Below are positions 60,179-64,000 of a stretch of 64,000 bases of DNA, one piece after another. The stretch is from an uncultured delta proteobacterium. Its GTDB lineage: Bacteria; Desulfobacterota; Binatia; JACPRU01. The stretch's first letter is position 1; the number at the start of each line of letters is the position of its first letter. Location: positions 3,620-67,619 of the forward strand of contig CAVQIG010000025.1 of NCBI GenBank assembly GCA_963712515.1. Direction: 5' to 3'. The position numbers were made by a program, and so were the translations under genes. The notes under the pieces were generated by a model. It had not been told where the DNA came from. It worked only from the letters and a program-made list of their open reading frames with translations, and made no database searches.

Positions 60179-62608
60179 ATGTCGACGGCGGCCCCCGATT
60201 GGCTGCGCCATTCCGAAGCACTCACACATTGGCTGGCGTTGGGGGGATGCGGGTATCGCCTCGCGGCCGCCCCATCCCTGCGCGTTGCCCCTGCCAGAAT
60301 AGTCGGAACTTGCATCGGCGCCGTGCTCGCGGTCTTCTGCTCGGCGCTACCTGCTCCGAGCCAGGAGGTCGAGCCTGGTGCCAACCCCAATGCGCAGCTG
60401 GAGATGCCCCCTGTAGAGATCGTGGGAACCGCCCCGCTGCCTGGCACCGGCAGTCTGATCAATGAAGTTCCAGCCAACGTCCAAACCGCGACCGGCGCAG
60501 AGATGCGGAAGCAGGAATCGGTCAGCCTGCCCGACTACCTCGATCGCAACACCGGCAGCGTCAGCGTCAACGAGGCGCAAGGAAACCCGTTCCAGCCGGA
60601 CGTCAACTTCCGCGGCTTTACAGCGTCGCCTCTGCTGGGACTTCCGCAGGGTATTTCGGTGTTTCAGGACGGGGTCCGGATCAACGACCCGTTCGGCGAC
60701 GTCGTCAATTGGGATCTGGTTCCGCAAGGAGCGATCGGCTCCATTACCCTCATCCCGGGGTCCAACCCGGTGTTCGGCCTGAACACGCTGGGCGGCGCGC
60801 TGTCCATCAACACGAAAAGCGGCCGCGATTATCCCGGCGGATCGGCGTCTCTGTTCGGCGGCTCATTCGACACCTACAGTGGCAACGGCGAATACGGTGG
60901 GGTCGAGAATGACTTCGATTACTACATCTACGGCAACTACTACGACAGCGACGGCTGGCGCGACCTGTCGATCTCTCAAAGCCTCGTGCGACAGGTGTTC
61001 GGCAAGCTCGGCTATCATCCCGCGAATTTCGACGCGGACCTCAGTTACACCTTCAATGACAACAATCTGTGGGGAGGACAGACGATCCCGGCGCCGATGT
61101 ACTCCGCCAACGACAAGCTCGCCTATACCTGGCCCGACATTACGGAGAACCGCCTCAACTTCATCAACTTGAAGCTCAGCAAGTCGACCGCGGACAAGAT
61201 TCTGGGCGGCAACTTCTACTGGCGTCAGCTCGAGAGCACCAATACCAGCAGCAACGTGAACGACGACTTCAACGGCAGCAGCAGCGGAACCCTTTGCGAC
61301 GGCACCACTGTCCTATGTCCGGCGAGCAACGTTCAAAGCACGACCGACACAGACGGTATAGGCGGCACCATTCAATTCACGCTGCTCACGCCGCTCGCAT
61401 CGCACAACAACAGCCTCACCCTCGGCGCAAGCTACGACTACGGGAACACCGATTTCGCTCAGGGCGTACAAGGAGCCGTATTCGACTCGACCCGCCAGAC
61501 CGTGGGTACGACCCCGTTCGCTTCGGTGACGGACGTGAAGAGCACCAATGGGTACACCGGGATCTACTTCACGGACACCCTCGCGCTCATGGATCAGCTC
61601 CTCCTCACGGTGGCCGGCCGCTACAACATCGCCGCGATCGAGATCACCGACGAGTTGGGGAGCAATCCGAACGTCGACGGCACCAACACCTACCACCGCT
61701 TCAACCCGGCAGTCGGCCTCAACTACAATCCCACGGAGGCGGTGAACGCCTACGTCAGCTACAACGAAGGCATGCGCGCGCCGACCGCGGTGGAGCTGAC
61801 CTGCGCGGACCCGAGTGCGCCCTGCCCTCTGCCCAACGCCTTCGTCTCGGATCCGCCGCTGAAGGCGGTCATCGCCAAGACGCTCGAGCTGGGCGGCCGC
61901 GGCGCGGTGGGATCGAACACCTCCTGGAGCGCCGCCGTCTACCGCGCGAACCTCGACGACGACATCCAGTTCGTCAGCGCCAGCGCGAGCGGCAGCGCGG
62001 GTTTCTTCACCAACATCGCGCAGACTCGCCGGCAAGGCTTCGAGCTCGGCCTCCAGCAGCGCCTCGGCCCGGCTAATTTTCAGCTCGCCTATGGCTACGT
62101 CGACGCCACCTATCAATCCTCCTTCTTCATCTTCAGCCCCAACAATTCCTCCGCCAATACCTCGGGTGACATTCAGGTGCACGCAGGCGACAATATCCCC
62201 GGGATCCCGCACAACAACCTCAAGCTGCGCGCCGACTGGGAGGTCAGCACGAAGCTTTCCGCGGGCGGCGCAATCGTGCTCGCGAGTAATCAGTACGCGG
62301 TGGGGGACAACAACAACCGAGACGTAAACGGCCCGATCCCCGGCTATACGATCGTCAACCTAGACGCACGCTGGCAGATCATCGATCAGCTGAAGCTCTT
62401 TGGGCGCGTCAACAACGTATTCGACTTCAAATACCAGACGGCGGGCGTGCTGGGCGAAGACTTCTTCACCGGGCCGAATTTCAGTTACAACACCTCTGGT
62501 ACACCCACCGTGTTCGGCACTCCCGGCGCACCTTTTGGCATCTGGATCGGTGTTCGTTACGATTTCGGAAAGCCGACCAAACCAGCGGACAAGACTCAGC
62601 CCTACTGA
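60179..62608 (+). CDS. TonB-dependent outer-membrane receptor (start uncertain)
   Basis: Intact 809-aa ORF. Plug-domain blocks VSLPDYLDRNTGSVSVNEAQGNPFQPDVNFRGF and GISVFQDGVRINDPFGDVVNWDL are present. The barrel ends ..FGIWIGVRYDF, followed by a short tail. A signal-like segment IVGTCIGAVLAVFCSALPAPSQE suggests a later start. Confidence 0.85.
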   Translation: MSTAAPDWLRHSEALTHWLALGGCGYRLAAAPSLRVAPARIVGTCIGAVLAVFCSALPAPSQEVEPGANPNAQLEMPPVEIVGTAPLPGTGSLINEVPANVQTATGAEMRKQESVSLPDYLDRNTGSVSVNEAQGNPFQPDVNFRGFTASPLLGLPQGISVFQDGVRINDPFGDVVNWDLVPQGAIGSITLIPGSNPVFGLNTLGGALSINTKSGRDYPGGSASLFGGSFDTYSGNGEYGGVENDFDYYIYGNYYDSDGWRDLSISQSLVRQVFGKLGYHPANFDADLSYTFNDNNLWGGQTIPAPMYSANDKLAYTWPDITENRLNFINLKLSKSTADKILGGNFYWRQLESTNTSSNVNDDFNGSSSGTLCDGTTVLCPASNVQSTTDTDGIGGTIQFTLLTPLASHNNSLTLGASYDYGNTDFAQGVQGAVFDSTRQTVGTTPFASVTDVKSTNGYTGIYFTDTLALMDQLLLTVAGRYNIAAIEITDELGSNPNVDGTNTYHRFNPAVGLNYNPTEAVNAYVSYNEGMRAPTAVELTCADPSAPCPLPNAFVSDPPLKAVIAKTLELGGRGAVGSNTSWSAAVYRANLDDDIQFVSASASGSAGFFTNIAQTRRQGFELGLQQRLGPANFQLAYGYVDATYQSSFFIFSPNNSSANTSGDIQVHAGDNIPGIPHNNLKLRADWEVSTKLSAGGAIVLASNQYAVGDNNNRDVNGPIPGYTIVNLDARWQIIDQLKLFGRVNNVFDFKYQTAGVLGEDFFTGPNFSYNTSGTPTVFGTPGAPFGIWIGVRYDFGKPTKPADKTQPY

Positions 62609-62936
62609 CCGCGGCGAGGGTCGGCGTTCGCAAACCCGACCATCAATGATCCCAAGCGCGCGTACGAAGCCGAGGGCTGGGGTTCGAACCGAACGAGAGT
62701 CTTCCCCCTGGCGGTTTTCAAGAGCGCTGTCGGCCGCTCCATCATCCGGTTTCCGGCGACTGAGTTTACGGCCGGAGTCGCGGCTTCGCCGTTTCCAAAT
62801 TCGCGGACCCGACCCGGTCGGCGATCTCGAAAATGGGAAGTCGCGAAGATCCACCGCCGTGAGCACACGCAATTCGTGACCTGGTATGCGGCTTGCTGCT
62901 CCCCGGTCGTAGGTGATCGCAGCAACTGGAGTCCCA

Positions 62937-63848
62937 ATGATTCCTTTCCGAAAGATCCTCGCACCGGTCTATTTTGATGAGAGCTCTTCTGCGTCGGTCG
63001 ACTACGCGGCGCATTTCGCCGAGCGGAACGATGGCACCGTCTTTCTTCTGCACGTCGTGCCGACGGATGAGCCGCATCTTCTTCGCGACGTTTATCGGCC
63101 CGATGAAGGCGGTGGAGCGAATGCGCCGTGGGCCGAAAAGGTCGCTCGTGAAAAGCTCGAACAGATCGCGAAGGATCGCCTGGGGGGCGCACGTCATGAG
63201 ATCCTCACGCGCGTCAGCGGCGATGCCGCCGCTTGCATTCTCGAGGAGCTCGAACGGATCGATGCCGACCTCGTCACGATGGCGACGCACGGGCGAACGG
63301 GGATTTCGCGCTTGGTGTTACGTAGCGTAGCCGAGCGCGTGGTTCGCGAATCGCCCTCGCCGGTTCTCATAGCCCAGCGTAAGATCGAAGTCTCGAAGCA
63401 GCAGCCGTTCCGATCGATCCTTTGCCCCATTGATCTCGACCGAAGCCGCTTGTCTTCCCTCGACTACACCGCGGCTTTGGCCCGAACGGAAAACGCGATC
63501 GTCCATCTGCTGCACATCGTACCGAACGAGAACCTCATGCTCCGTCGCGATATCTACCAGCAAGCGGCCGAGGAAGGGAACGTCGTGCGAGCGGAGCGGA
63601 TAGCGCGGCAGAGCCTGGAAGAGATCGCCCGGACCCATCTTGGCAACCTTCAGTACGAAATTCACGTGCACGTTAGCCCCGATCCGGCAAAGACGATCCT
63701 CGAGATCGAGAACGACATCCGGCCCGACTTGCTCATCATGGTGACCGAAGGCTTCGGCGGTCTCATTCACCTGATCGTCGGCAGCGTGACCGAGACCGTC
63801 ATTCGCGAAGGCTACTGCCCGGTATTGTCGATGCGTGCGCGCATGTGA
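62937..63848 (+). CDS. tandem universal stress protein (two UspA domains)
   Basis: 303 aa from ATG 62937, preceded by TGGAG. Two Usp units are present (ILAPVYFDESS..DLVTMATHGRTGISRLVLRSVAERVVRESPSPVL and ILCPIDLDRS..DLLIMVTEGFGGLIHLIVGSVTETVIREGYCPVL). Confidence 0.8.
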   Translation: MIPFRKILAPVYFDESSSASVDYAAHFAERNDGTVFLLHVVPTDEPHLLRDVYRPDEGGGANAPWAEKVAREKLEQIAKDRLGGARHEILTRVSGDAAACILEELERIDADLVTMATHGRTGISRLVLRSVAERVVRESPSPVLIAQRKIEVSKQQPFRSILCPIDLDRSRLSSLDYTAALARTENAIVHLLHIVPNENLMLRRDIYQQAAEEGNVVRAERIARQSLEEIARTHLGNLQYEIHVHVSPDPAKTILEIENDIRPDLLIMVTEGFGGLIHLIVGSVTETVIREGYCPVLSMRARM

Positions 63849-64000
63849 CGCCCTGACGCCGCCGGCTGAGCTACCGGGCATTGCTGGTCCGTACCTCGAG
63901 AACGCTGCGGAGCTCGTTTCGGCACTCTCACATCTGCGAAATCGGCATCCTCAGAATTCCCAACTCCGAGAGACGAGAAGACCACGAGATTAATGCCACG

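Noticed and set aside
62655-62700. tRNA-like GGTTCGAACC T-loop motif, followed by CCCAGCCCTCGGC on the minus strand
   Set aside because: No complementary T-stem 5-prime arm, acceptor 5-prime arm or anticodon arm can be drawn. At best it is a 3-prime tRNA fragment, and that is not supportable.

Overview
High-GC bacterial chromosomal window of Gram-negative type (TonB-dependent receptor, lipobox protein), with a few short lower-GC patches at 15.6-17.5 kb, 22.6-23.1 kb and 34.8-35.1 kb. Content from left to right:
- Left end: a cyclase-family gene running off the left edge, a VapBC toxin-antitoxin pair, a crotonase, two tandem CxxC redoxin paralogs, and a zinc-ribbon/class III cyclase/P-loop ATPase/TPR giant.
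- 7-15.4 kb: a minus-strand sulfur cluster (persulfide dioxygenase-rhodanese fusion, fused 4Fe-4S/NrfD subunit, Tat-less molybdopterin oxidoreductase, SulP/STAS permease) facing a divergent YeeE/YedE pair.
- 15.4-17.5 kb: a 213-bp palindromic MITE-like element, then a low-GC graveyard holding a TPR gene relic plus ISAzo13 and IS256 transposase relics.
- 17.9-21.2 kb: a diiron ferritin-like gene with an SCP2 gene, a divergent ArsR/rhodanese pair, YnfA and an ICMT-family gene.
- 21.3-28.1 kb: P-II, HPr and a chimeric P-II::EIIA(Man) remnant, then an AT-rich region with two divergent sigma-54-type promoters that leads into kdpFABC plus a divergent P-II-like gene.
- 28.2-33 kb: a sigma-54-promoted glycosyl cluster (GT-A-like, GT4, GDE-like).
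- 33.2-42 kb: an NtrC-family regulator lacking GAFTGA, a 4HB membrane protein, KdpD, a sigma-54 response regulator and MgtE.
- 42-44.2 kb: an SDH-type protease and an ankyrin lipoprotein.
- 44.3-50.4 kb: a mobile island, namely a DUF6788-like ORF, a five-gene co-directional IS21-like module with ParB-like, Zn-ribbon and wHTH accessory genes, and an ISKra4 transposase.
- 50.5-59.4 kb: recC-recB-recD, bracketed by a diverged 105-bp inverted repeat.
- Right end: a TonB-dependent receptor and a tandem Usp protein.
I found no rRNA, tRNA or CRISPR array, and no defence system I can name.
Many genes of clear family identity are broken by frame shifts. These shifts are almost all +1 and are clustered, so I suspect insertion-type assembly errors rather than real pseudogenes, and the pseudogene labels below are conditional on that.
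The candidates that look most like a system are (a) the sigma-54 / KdpD-bEBP / P-II-linked kdp island, (b) the five-gene IS21-like module and (c) the inverted-repeat-bracketed recCBD segment. All coordinates derived by hand counting may be off by 1-2 nt.
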